Shown in pieces: positions 10,118-20,600 of a stretch of 64,000 nucleotides of DNA. The stretch lies in contig JAZRWI010000112.1 of assembly GCA_045599645.1 (NCBI GenBank), positions 4,566 to 68,565 on the forward strand, written 5' to 3'. The DNA comes from Candidatus Avigastranaerophilus sp. Its GTDB lineage: Bacteria > Muiribacteriota > Ozemobacteria > Ozemobacterales > Ozemobacteraceae. Numbering within the stretch: the stretch's first letter is position 1; each line of letters opens with the position of its first letter. The notes below the pieces were generated by a model. The model was given only the letters and a program-made list of their open reading frames with translations, did no database searches and was not told the DNA's origin. The translations under genes and the position numbers were made by a program.

Positions 10118-10417
10118 GTGAATAAATCAGAACTCGTAAAAGCAATTGCTAAAAAAGCAGAAGTAACTAACGTAGCAGCTCAGGCTGTCCTTGATGCTTT
10201 CGTAGAAGCAGTAAAGGGTTCACTCAAGAAGGGCGACAAAGTTCAGCTCATCGGCTTTGGTTCTTTCTCAACTGTAAAGCGTGATGCTCGCAAGGGCGTT
10301 AACCCACAGACCAAGAAACCTATCAAAATCGCTGCTAAGAAAGTTGCCAAGTTCATCCCAGGCAAAGACCTCAAGGAACTTGTTAACGGTTCTACTTGTA
10401 AAAAGTGCAAAAAGTAA
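10118..10417 (+). CDS. hup: HU-family DNA-binding protein with lysine-rich C-terminal tail
   Basis: MNKSELVKAIA...GFGSFSTVKRDARKGVNPQTKKPIKIAAKKV is the canonical HU/IHF fold sequence. GTG start chosen because of the AGGAGG RBS 6 nt upstream; the ORF-track start at 10091 would bury this RBS. Confidence 0.85.
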   Translation: MNKSELVKAIAKKAEVTNVAAQAVLDAFVEAVKGSLKKGDKVQLIGFGSFSTVKRDARKGVNPQTKKPIKIAAKKVAKFIPGKDLKELVNGSTCKKCKK

Positions 10418-10442
10418 TTTTATTTACTGACCTTTAGCAAAT

Positions 10443-10477
10443 AAAAAAGACCTGAGCAATCAGGTCTTTTTTATTTT
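10443..10477 (+). terminator. Rho-independent terminator after HU gene
   Basis: Stem agacctg / caggtct with 6-nt loop, followed by TTTTTTATTTTT. Confidence 0.7.
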
Positions 10478-10605
10478 TACTTGACTTAAAAAATTAAATA
10501 ATTAGATTTTTAAAGTGCTATGGGTATCTATACATTACAACTATAAATATCCATGGAAATCATTTACTTAGTAGCAACTAAGAACCTTTTATTTCGGACA
10601 ACCAA

Positions 10606-11421
10606 ATGAAGCTTAGCAGTAAAACCCATACAGGTATTGTCAGGAAAAACAACGAAGACTCTCTTCTTGTTATTGCTCCATGGAGCAGTCTTGCCTTAGA
10701 AAAAAAAGCCTGCTTGTTTATTGTCGCTGACGGTATGGGCGGCCAGAATGCCGGGGAAGTAGCTTCAGGAATGGCAGCAAGCACTGCTAAAGATTGGTTT
10801 AAAAACAGCGATTTTGATAGTCTTACTTCTAAGCATATGGAGGATTTAATCACCCTGGTAAATGAAAAAGTCTGGAACTATTCAATGGAACATCCTGAAA
10901 CCAAAGGAATGGGAACCACATTTTCAGCCATCCTATTTAAAGACGATAAGGCCATAATAGGACACATTGGTGATTCTAGAATCTATAGATTAAGAAACAA
11001 TGAATTATTACAATTAACCAGTGACCATTCCATAGTAGGAGAACAGGTCAGACTAGGAAAGCTCACTCCTGAACAGGCAAGAGTAAGCCCTGTCCGCAAT
11101 ATATTAAGCAAAGTATTAGGTGCAAGACAGTTTATTCAACCTGATATTTTTGAAACATCAATAGAAATCAATGATGAATTCGTTTTGTGTTCTGATGGTG
11201 TTTACACGATGATTGAATGTGAAGAAATGGAACACATCATCAAGACCACTCCAACAGAAAAGCTTGCAAAGACATTGATCAGCAACGCAAATGCTGGTGG
11301 TGGGAAAGACAATTCCACCGTTATAGCACTCAAGATAACAGATTTTCCATTAAAAATTCCATCCCCCTACTCGCCGCGGCGAATTTTTAAGCTACTTTTT
11401 AACAATTGCGATAATATTTAG
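10606..11421 (+). CDS. PP2C-family Ser/Thr protein phosphatase
   Basis: NEDS...VADGMGG...GEVAS...GMGTT...DG motifs of the PPM/PP2C fold. Confidence 0.8.
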   Translation: MKLSSKTHTGIVRKNNEDSLLVIAPWSSLALEKKACLFIVADGMGGQNAGEVASGMAASTAKDWFKNSDFDSLTSKHMEDLITLVNEKVWNYSMEHPETKGMGTTFSAILFKDDKAIIGHIGDSRIYRLRNNELLQLTSDHSIVGEQVRLGKLTPEQARVSPVRNILSKVLGARQFIQPDIFETSIEINDEFVLCSDGVYTMIECEEMEHIIKTTPTEKLAKTLISNANAGGGKDNSTVIALKITDFPLKIPSPYSPRRIFKLLFNNCDNI

Positions 11422-11500
11422 TTAAAGTTTTCACAAAAGAGTAGCATTTATTTGAAATTTAAAGTATATTTTTATAGATATTCTGGAGGTTTTCGGTACT

Positions 11501-12079
11501 ATGGATACAACATTAATTATTATCATAGCAGTAGCAGTAGTGGTTGTTATTGCCCTGATAGTTTTTCTATTTGCTGGCGGCGGAGATAAAAATCCGGATG
11601 CAGCGAACAATACTACTAAAACAGGCAGGAAATCTGGTGTAACAACTGCCATCGAAGAAGACGAAGATACATCAAAACGTTTTTCAGAAGCTTTATCCAA
11701 TGAATCAATTTCAAATGCAATGGATAAGGAAGCTGATGAAATATTGACCAAATATACATCAGGAACCGGTGAAGGCATCAATGAAGTAGAAAAACTTCTT
11801 GAAGGCGACCCGAACAATGTTGACCTTCTCGATTGGCTTGCTTTTATGTATTACAGCAATGCTAACATTGACAAAGCCATCGAAACCTACAAAAGAGCTC
11901 TATCAATCAAATCTGACAACGAAAATCAGCACTATTACTTAGCTAACAGCTATTACAAAAAAGGCATGATGTCAGAAGCAAAGAAAGAATGGAGTGAAGT
12001 AATCAGACTTAATCCAAATTCCAAGATAGCCAAGAACGCTCAGGAACGTATTGATTATTTGGTTTCACAGGGCAAGTAA
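11501..12079 (+). CDS. TM-anchored TPR-repeat protein
   Basis: N-terminal hydrophobic helix; C-terminal W-LG-Y-A-F-P-like 34-aa repeats (AFMYYSNANIDKAIETYKRALSIKSDN..., YYLANSYYKKGMMSEAKKEW). Confidence 0.6.
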   Translation: MDTTLIIIIAVAVVVVIALIVFLFAGGGDKNPDAANNTTKTGRKSGVTTAIEEDEDTSKRFSEALSNESISNAMDKEADEILTKYTSGTGEGINEVEKLLEGDPNNVDLLDWLAFMYYSNANIDKAIETYKRALSIKSDNENQHYYLANSYYKKGMMSEAKKEWSEVIRLNPNSKIAKNAQERIDYLVSQGK

Positions 12080-12097
12080 TTACAGTAAAGGGCGAGT

Positions 12098-13720
12098 ATG
12101 CCGATATTAGAACCTCCAGAGTTACCTAATTATCATCTGCTTGACCTCATTGGGTGCGGCGGAATGGGCTCAGTTTACATAGCCTATCAGCTTTCTTCTG
12201 AAAAGCTTGTCGCCGTTAAATTTCTAGAACCCAATGTTGCAGAAAACAAGGTTATTTATGACCAGTTCAAGCAGGAAGGCGACATACTTCGTCAATTAGA
12301 TCATCCCAACATAGTAAAATTCGTAGACCAGGGTGTAGTTAACGGCCTTAACTTCCTTATAATGGACTACGTAAAAGGCTTGTCGCTAGACAATTTCCCA
12401 TTAGGGAATTCAATGACAACCATCGGTGCCAAACAGACTCTTCCAACAATGGAAGAGTATATAAATGTTTTCATTGGTTGTTTCACTGCACTCAGTTACA
12501 TTCACAAAAAAGGGCTCATACACCGCGACATAAAACCCCAGAATATCATTCTTCGCGGTGCTGAATACAAACCCTGTCTCATAGACTTCGGTATCGCTAC
12601 CTTTACCGATAAAGACGACGATTTAAACATTAATCCGGACAGAATGTGCACAGTAGCCTACGCAAGTCCGGAACAATTAACTAACAAGCCAATTGAAGCA
12701 GCTTCTGATTTATTCTCTTTTGGCGTCGTCATGTATGAAAAGCTTACAGGTCATTTGCCCTTCAAAGGCAAAAGAGCCATGGAAGTCTTCATTGAACAGA
12801 CAAAATGGAAATTTCCACCACCCCGTCAGTTCAATCCAAATATTCCACAAAAGCTTGAACAAATAGTATTAAAGCTACTGGCTAAGGACCCGAATCTGCG
12901 TTATCCAACAGCAGATATGGTTCTCGGTGAACTTGAACGCCTGCTTGAAATAACCAAACAAGGTAAAACCGGTCTTGCCTTAAGCAACATCTCTAATGAA
13001 ATCCGTGGCGTTAACCTTGAACGCAAAGGCTTCAAGAAGAGAACACTTGCCGAAGAACAGGCAATGCTTAAAAAGCAGCGCGCCGAATTACTCGAAACCA
13101 AGCAGCGTCTTAGAATGGAAATGGTTAGAGTTGTTCCAGACCAGGAAAAGGTTTGGAATCTTAAGGAACTCTGTAACACATTACAAGCAGATTACAACCG
13201 CCTCGAAAAACAGATTCAGATGGTATTAGGCTTCAAGAGCCAACCTGTTGTTATAGACAAATTCAATGCTATTTTCAAGCTTGAAACAATAGCCTTCGAA
13301 AAACGCGGTATTCCATTCACTATCAATACTTTGGAACAAAAGCTTACAACAACAGAAGGCGAAGACATAATTGTTGGTAAAATTAATTTCACAGAACGAG
13401 CAAAACGTATCTTTACTATAAACAAAAAAGATACCTATCTTGCATGGGATAACAGCAACTGGTATTTCTCTTCCTTTGAAGAAAAAGACTTCCCAATCTT
13501 CCTGATGATAGGCGACAAGAGTATGCCACGCGCCCCCAAAGGCTTCAGAGGTTTCTTCTGGCCAATAGAATTCCTATATGCTGTTAAGAAGCTTGGCTGG
13601 ACTGGCGTATCAATTGTAGAAACTTTCAGAGGTGTAGACAGAAGTGGTCGTGCAACATTCTCTGAACACAAAGAAACCATTCTGTTCTCACAAAATCTTT
13701 TTGAAAAAATAGGAGCATAA
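12098..13720 (+). CDS. Hanks-type Ser/Thr protein kinase with ~240-aa C-terminal domain of unknown function
   Basis: GxGxxG-like LIGCGGMGSVY, VAVK, HRDIKPQNIIL, DFGIA, APE motifs. The C-terminal half has no PASTA or other recognisable domain. Confidence 0.8.
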   Translation: MPILEPPELPNYHLLDLIGCGGMGSVYIAYQLSSEKLVAVKFLEPNVAENKVIYDQFKQEGDILRQLDHPNIVKFVDQGVVNGLNFLIMDYVKGLSLDNFPLGNSMTTIGAKQTLPTMEEYINVFIGCFTALSYIHKKGLIHRDIKPQNIILRGAEYKPCLIDFGIATFTDKDDDLNINPDRMCTVAYASPEQLTNKPIEAASDLFSFGVVMYEKLTGHLPFKGKRAMEVFIEQTKWKFPPPRQFNPNIPQKLEQIVLKLLAKDPNLRYPTADMVLGELERLLEITKQGKTGLALSNISNEIRGVNLERKGFKKRTLAEEQAMLKKQRAELLETKQRLRMEMVRVVPDQEKVWNLKELCNTLQADYNRLEKQIQMVLGFKSQPVVIDKFNAIFKLETIAFEKRGIPFTINTLEQKLTTTEGEDIIVGKINFTERAKRIFTINKKDTYLAWDNSNWYFSSFEEKDFPIFLMIGDKSMPRAPKGFRGFFWPIEFLYAVKKLGWTGVSIVETFRGVDRSGRATFSEHKETILFSQNLFEKIGA

Positions 13721-13723
13721 ACC

Positions 13724-14182
13724 ATGTCACTGGAAAATCATTATGAAAGCCTGGTTAAATCCTATGATCAGTTACGTAAAGCGAATGAAAACTATCTTAT
13801 TAATAATTCAGGCATAGATGGTTTCACAGAACTAATAGACATACGTGCAGCCATATTAGATGACTTAGAAATCTTGCACGAAGAACTAATTAGCGAATTA
13901 GCCTCTTTAAAAGCTAATATAGATTACGATTCCTTATCCCTGATAGAATTAATCAGAGAGCTTCCTAAGCTTTATCCACAACTGCTACCATACAAAAATA
14001 AAGTAATAGAAGCATTAGAAAATCTGATGAAATCAGAAAACAATGTATCAGAAATAGCCAAGGAAGAACGCAACGAATTAAAAAAGCAGCTTGGTCATGC
14101 AAGAACAGGTCAACAGACATTAAATGCCTATAAACCTTTAACGGGATATAACGGAAGCCATTTCATAGATAGTAAGAAATAA
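13724..14182 (+). CDS. Hypothetical helical protein, translationally coupled to the kinase gene
   Basis: 152-aa ORF starting 4 nt after the kinase stop; no recognisable motif. Confidence 0.45.
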   Translation: MSLENHYESLVKSYDQLRKANENYLINNSGIDGFTELIDIRAAILDDLEILHEELISELASLKANIDYDSLSLIELIRELPKLYPQLLPYKNKVIEALENLMKSENNVSEIAKEERNELKKQLGHARTGQQTLNAYKPLTGYNGSHFIDSKK

Positions 14183-14216
14183 AAAAAGAGCCCTCATAAG
14201 AGGGCTCTTTTTTTAT
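14181..14216. terminator. Bidirectional rho-independent terminator (agagccctc ataag agggctct) between convergent genes
   Basis: 9-bp perfect stem, A-run upstream and T-run downstream. Confidence 0.7.
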
Positions 14217-14225
14217 TAGCATTTA

Positions 14226-14564
14226 TCAGAACATACCAGGAATATTCATACCACCGGTAATGTCACTCATTTCGCTCTGAACCATTTCCTTAGACTTAGC
14301 CAAGCCTGCATTAACAGCAGACTTTACAAGGTCCTGAAGTCCTTCTACGTCTTCTGGATCAACAGCTTCTTTATCAATAACGATTGAAACGAGTTCCTGA
14401 GAACCGTTGAAAACGACCTTTATAGCACCACCGCCAACAGTAGCTTCAACTTCTTTGCTCTTCAGTTCTTCCTGAGCACTCTGTATTTTTTCCTGCATTT
14501 TCTGAGCCTGACGCATCAGACCCTGCATATTAAAACCGTTTGGCATACTGAATCCACGACCCAT
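14226..14564 (-). CDS. ybaB: YbaB/EbfC-family nucleoid-associated protein
   Basis: MQGLMRQAQKMQEKIQSAQEEL...GGGAIKVVFNG is the characteristic YbaB sequence. Confidence 0.8.
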   Translation of the reverse strand: MGRGFSMPNGFNMQGLMRQAQKMQEKIQSAQEELKSKEVEATVGGGAIKVVFNGSQELVSIVIDKEAVDPEDVEGLQDLVKSAVNAGLAKSKEMVQSEMSDITGGMNIPGMF

Positions 14565-14632
14565 AATGAACTCCTTAAAATAATTATAATAATGTAGAAT
14601 AATAGCAAATAATACTAATTACGGTCAATACA

Positions 14633-17600
14633 TTATCGAAGGACAGCGAATTTTCCTTTAACCATCTTTGCATGCGTATAAAAGTCACCGGTGCCCATAG
14701 ATTTAACTCTGTAGATATAGGCCCCATTAGCTAGCTTTCGAGGGAAATTCCAGCGGACAATATTTTCCCCTTCCCTGCCGTCCATTTCTATTGTATCAAC
14801 CCTGTGACCAGCTACATCATAAATTGTAATCTTAATACCTGTTGGGAAATTTAAGAAGTATCTGAAATTTACATAGTTTCTTCTTGCCGGGCTCGGGTAA
14901 GGCGTAAAATTAATTATTTCCGCTTTAGGATAATATCTGACGCTCAACCTGATATTTGGATTAGTTACAGATGTGACAGTAACACGTTTTCCGAAAGAAA
15001 CCTTCAACATCTTTGCTGCAGCATCTGTTGTTTTTTCACTTAACGTAATCATACCGCGGAACAAATCAGAATGTGTTCCATTTTCATTAAGTTCCAGTAT
15101 AAAGCCGGTTCTATCGTCATCAGAAGTAACTCTTACTTTTGTAATATCCTCGGTCAACCAGTTCAAGTCTTCTGCTTCAACTTCTATATAAAGACTTGGA
15201 TTATTTATTTCATCAGTAACCTTTCTAACAAAAGTCTTTTCAGAGAAAAATCTGATATCTTTGATTACTTCTGGCTCAGTTCCGGATGAATATCTATAAT
15301 AAAATAGAATTTCATGTGATGTAAGTTGCGGCGCACTAAGCTTTACCCATTCACCAGGATACAGACCCAATGGATAACCAGGAATATCACTACTCATAGT
15401 ATCAGCTAATTTCAAGCTGCATCTGAAATTACGATCAGAGCCTTCAACTGGTGCAAGCTTCAAATGAATTGTTTCCGTAGCTGTTCCTCTTAGAAGATCA
15501 ATATAATAATCTTTACCGCTTGTAGCAACACTGCCAGAAGCAACAACTTCGACATATATTTCTGAATTAGAAATAGTTTCTTCTGTTATTTTTTCAGAGA
15601 AATTACTATCACTGTAAATATAGATATTATGCTCATTACCACAATAAAATCTATAGCTTATCGGATCTATATCCAAACCTAAGTAATCCTTTAACCCTGA
15701 AATAGTAAGGTCATACAAATAGCTATTAGAAAGACCTACCTTAGGCTTCCAGGTAAGCTCACTGCTTTCTTTTTCACTTGTAATAAGGCTACAGGAAATA
15801 GTAGACGAAGCTTCATTCACGACCTTTGTTGAATTCTTGGCAGATTCCGTATATATCTTTCTTGAATAAATAGCGCTAATATTAGCATTGCCAGTTATTT
15901 TTTCATTTTCACCAGGATATATGGAAACAGCAGTAGTCTTTGTAGCAACATCGAATTTCAGCTGGTATTTAGGCCCGAACATTACTTCTGCCTTCATTGG
16001 CGGTGTAATAAAATCATCACCAACAGTTATTGTTGCCACATACAGATTTGAATTTAACGCTGTTTCAGTTAACTCAATATCCTTAGAATAATTCATGTCC
16101 GACAAATGCAGTATTCTGCTTTCAAGTGATTTTTCAAACATATCACTTGTACTAATGGCAATACCGAGCTGCCCTTTCACTATTTCCGCAGTTTCAGAAA
16201 CCTTATGACCATCGCATGGAGCAATACCAGTGTATAATTCCAGGGACACTCCTGATTCGTATTTAGTCATAAAACTACAATTAAAAGCTTCTACAGGCTG
16301 CGAAATACTATCTACCAGATATGTTGTAGAATAAATTGAATATGTCTCACCTGCTTTTAAAACAGAAGACGGCTTAATAGTAAGCTTCAAGCCATCAGCG
16401 CTGAGACTATAATCAGCAGCAACAGTCTCATCAGCAGCATTCACAAACTTAATCTTATTCTGAAAATCGCCATCAGAAATCTTGTTTGAAAAATCAAGAT
16501 AAAACTCAGTATCAAGGTAAATATTTTCAGAACCTGAAGCAGGGCTGATATTCGCCAATACTACTGGTTTTGCAACATCAAGAACAATATATTTCGAAGG
16601 CTCAGACTGAGGAACCAAAGTCAGCTTTGTTCCAACCTCCAAAGTTGGCTTTAATTGATAAACAAGCCTGAAAATCTTAGAGGAAGCACTTGTTTCTATA
16701 AGTTCTAATGGTTCGTTTACATAGATTTCCCCATCATCAGAATCCATGATTACATTTATTTTTTCTAATGCAGTTGTTGATGTATTCTCTGCTTTTATCT
16801 GCAAATACAATTTACCACCAGCAAAGGCAGAGGTTGAAGTTTGCTGATAATCAGCGTTCACATAGTTGTTAAAGGTCAAACCTGTCGGAGGCAAAGGAGG
16901 AAGCTGAGTTTTAAAGGTTACAGTCTTACCTGTACCTAGTTTCTTGCCCTTAGTATCTTCTAAGTCAGCAGACAGAACCATTTTATATTGGGTTTCCTTT
17001 TCAAGCATAGAATCCGGTTTGAAGCGCACCTGATTACCCGTTGCCCCGCTAAGAGAAAGAGAGCCATCTATTAGCAAATTGTCAGAAACTCTATATAAAG
17101 CGAAATTAGATGTCGTAAGCTGTGATTCTGGAATCCTACGGCTGAAATTCCATGTCGGCCAGACATCGGCAGGGACATTAATGGCATTATCCGCTGGAGA
17201 ATAGCTTTCCAAAACAAAAGCACTAAGAATATCCAGAGAAATTATTTTTTCCGGGAAATCCTTTGGACAAACATTCAATATCGTATTAACAGAGGCTGGA
17301 ACAACAAAGCTGCCTCTATAAATTCCAGTAGCGTTACCTGTTTCCGTTACCATAAAACTATTGGAATCATCTGCAGCAGAATAAACAATTTCCAGTTGAT
17401 CAGCCTGGCTTGTCATGTCACTGCCTTTTATTTCACAGTATAGTGTAACACCAGGGCCTATATCCTGACCGTTTACCACCTTATTCGCATAACCACTGTC
17501 TGTATAAAGGTTAAATGCTTCAACTGTCAGTGCTTTGGTTGTAAATTTGTATGTAAATGGCAATATTGGCTGACTAGCAGAATCCTTTAATGCAGCAGAG

Positions 17601-20600
17601 ATATAATATGTTTCGCTTGCAATCAGGTTCTCATTAGGAGTTATAACAACTTTCTTATTGCTTGATTCAAAACTATAGCTATAAGCCGCTGCTTCACCGT
17701 TTGATCTGCTCAGCTTCAGCGCAGAAGGCATACAACTTGTTAATAAACCTGAAGAAACTAAGACATAAGGCTTTTCATCAAGATAAACACCCACAGTGCC
17801 TGAAGCAGGGTTAAGAGAAACAAGCTTAGTCAGATTGTTTACTTTAACCTGAATTTTCTTATCAACCTGAGCCTGTGGAGTTATGGTAATTACTGTTCCT
17901 TCGGGCAAAGTAACATCAATAGCCAACCGGAAAATACCTGATGGTGGATTTGTTTCTATCAGCTTAACAGAAACACCTTCGTAGGTTCCATCTGAAGAAT
18001 CCATGAACACACGTGTAGATTCATAAGTTGAAAAAGAAGTATCTTCTGCCACAAGCTGCAGATAAAGCTTTCCATTAGGCGCAACACTATCTGTTTCTAC
18101 GTTATAGCTATCGTCGGAATAATTAGCAAAAGTAAATACGTTGCTAGGCGGCAATGGCGGTGGTTGAGTAGTAAAGGTTGCCACAAATGCTGTTCCCAGC
18201 TTTTTACCATTTTCACTTTCCAAATCAGCAGATAAACGCATTTCATATTTCGTGTTGGTATCAAACATTGCTACCGGCTGGAAACGAACCTGTTTACCAG
18301 ATATACCCAAACTCAACTCACCTGAAATCTTAGATGTTCCATTTTTATAAATGGCAAAATTAGTATCCGTAAGCTGACTTTCGGTTATTTTATAATTGAA
18401 ATTCCATATTGGCCAAGTGTCTAATGCCACGCCAACAGCCTTGTCTTCGGGATAATATGAAACCAATGCAAAAGCTTCCGCAATACTTAGAGTCTTCTTG
18501 TTAGTAAATCCGGTAGGACCTACATTCAACACTTTACCTGGCGCATTAGGAACAATAAAACTTCCTTTATAAACTCCTGCAGAATCTTCGGTCAAAGTGA
18601 AATCACCTGATGCACCGCCAGTTACAGAGTAACTCATAGCCAGAGTATCCAAGACATCTTTATTTAAATCAGTTGCTTCTATTATACAATATACAGTCTG
18701 GGCTGTATCAACACTGCTATTATTATCTATTTCAGTTGAATAACCAGAATCGGAATATATCTTGAAACCGGTTACACTCAAGGCCCTTGTAGAATAATCA
18801 GCAACAACTAACGGGAACGCCAGGCCGGAAGTGTCGCGTATAGCACTGCTTAAAGCAAGCTTAATCTGATCATCAGTAGAAGCAGAATTCAAGGCTACTG
18901 TTATTTCCTTGTCACCTGTCTTGGTTACAGAATAATCTAATGCCTTAGTGCTTTCTAAGCAGATATTTGCCTTATTTACCGTTGCAGCGTCTACCGGCTT
19001 GTTGGCGGTTATTACAATCTTGTCATTCAAATACAGATCACTTGTAGCAGATGCAGGGGTAAAGGTTTCGAATATGGGGTAAGGTTCGGTATGTAGTGTC
19101 AATGTTTCACTATAACCAGAAATAGATATTTCAACAGCAATTCCCCCGTTTATAGGAACCTTTATCTCACCTTTGAAGACATTATCAGCAACACCTGTTT
19201 CTTCTATCTTAAAATCTTCCCAAGATGTCGTCGAAAGATTCTTCACAGATATAGCAACATAATCGATTGTACTAGTATGGGTAACAGATGAAGATGTAAC
19301 TTTAACCCACAATGTGCATCCAGGAACTATTATATCACCGTTGCTCAGAGCAGTATCAGAATAATCGCTAGTAGTATACACATACATCCCAGAAATGTTA
19401 GAAGCAGGGTATGTTGTATCCTGAGTTGAAAAGTTAATTTCACTATTATTAACTAAATTACCTACAAAATCCATCAAACCAGTTATGGTAACCTTGTATT
19501 CTGTTGTTTTTTCTAACCCTTCTAACGGAATTATTATTATTTCTTTACTGGTAGAATTAAAACTATATCTATATTGTATTTCTTGAGATGGAGTAGTCTG
19601 TTTTACAAGTTTAATATTGTTTATTGACTCTAGATTAATACCTTCAGACATAGCTATTGTGATATTACTAGCTATAGGAACTTCAACAGTTCCATTTGTT
19701 GGAGTCATAGCAACAATATAAGGAGTAGTCAATATAAGCTTAACGTTAATAGATGTGGAAACTTCAGAAGTACATGTCAATGCATAGTCATCACTAATAG
19801 TGCATTGATATAAACCTCTAAAAATATCAGAATCAGCAGCTGTTTCAATCAGTTCAATTCTAGCAAGTTGAATACTACCACTAGATATAACAACAAAAGT
19901 ATTGTCTATTGTATTTTTTGCACTACCTGCACCTTTAGCTTCTATATAAAGAATTCCATTTTTATTGAAATCACCATTATCAGCAACCTTTGAAGCTTCT
20001 GAATATGAAGAATCAGAATAAAGATTCAATTCTGTTATGCTTGTAGGTTCTGTCTTTGCCTTCTGGGTATTAAAGCTCAGACTCATGCTGCCTTTTATTG
20101 GGTTACCTGTTTCATCCTTTATACCGTTGCTTCCATATAAAACATTTAATGTAATATTTGAATCAAACGGCAGATTACTTTCAGGAGTAATTGTTATAGT
20201 CTTTTTGTCTTCTGCAAGAGACCAGTTAATAGGCAGATTAGTGCTTCCATTTGTCAGCATTAATGATTCTGAAGTTAATGTTGATGCATCTAAATTATCA
20301 GAAAATTCTAACGTCAGCGCGGTATCAACATATACATTAGAAGCACCATCCGTAGCAGCATTTCCCGAAGTTGTTTTTACATTAGAATTAACAAGACTTG
20401 GAAAAGCTGTTTTTAATGCAGTGTTTACTGCCGGAGTCTGAGTAGAATAGAAATTAATTTCATAATTATCAGCAAGCGGTTCTGGAGTTGGATATCCATA
20501 AAGATTCAAATCAGACAAAGGTAACGAACCAGTAAAAATGCCACCTGAATTGGAAGCTGTTTCATATAAAATTATATTTCTATTCAAAGAACCATTAAGC

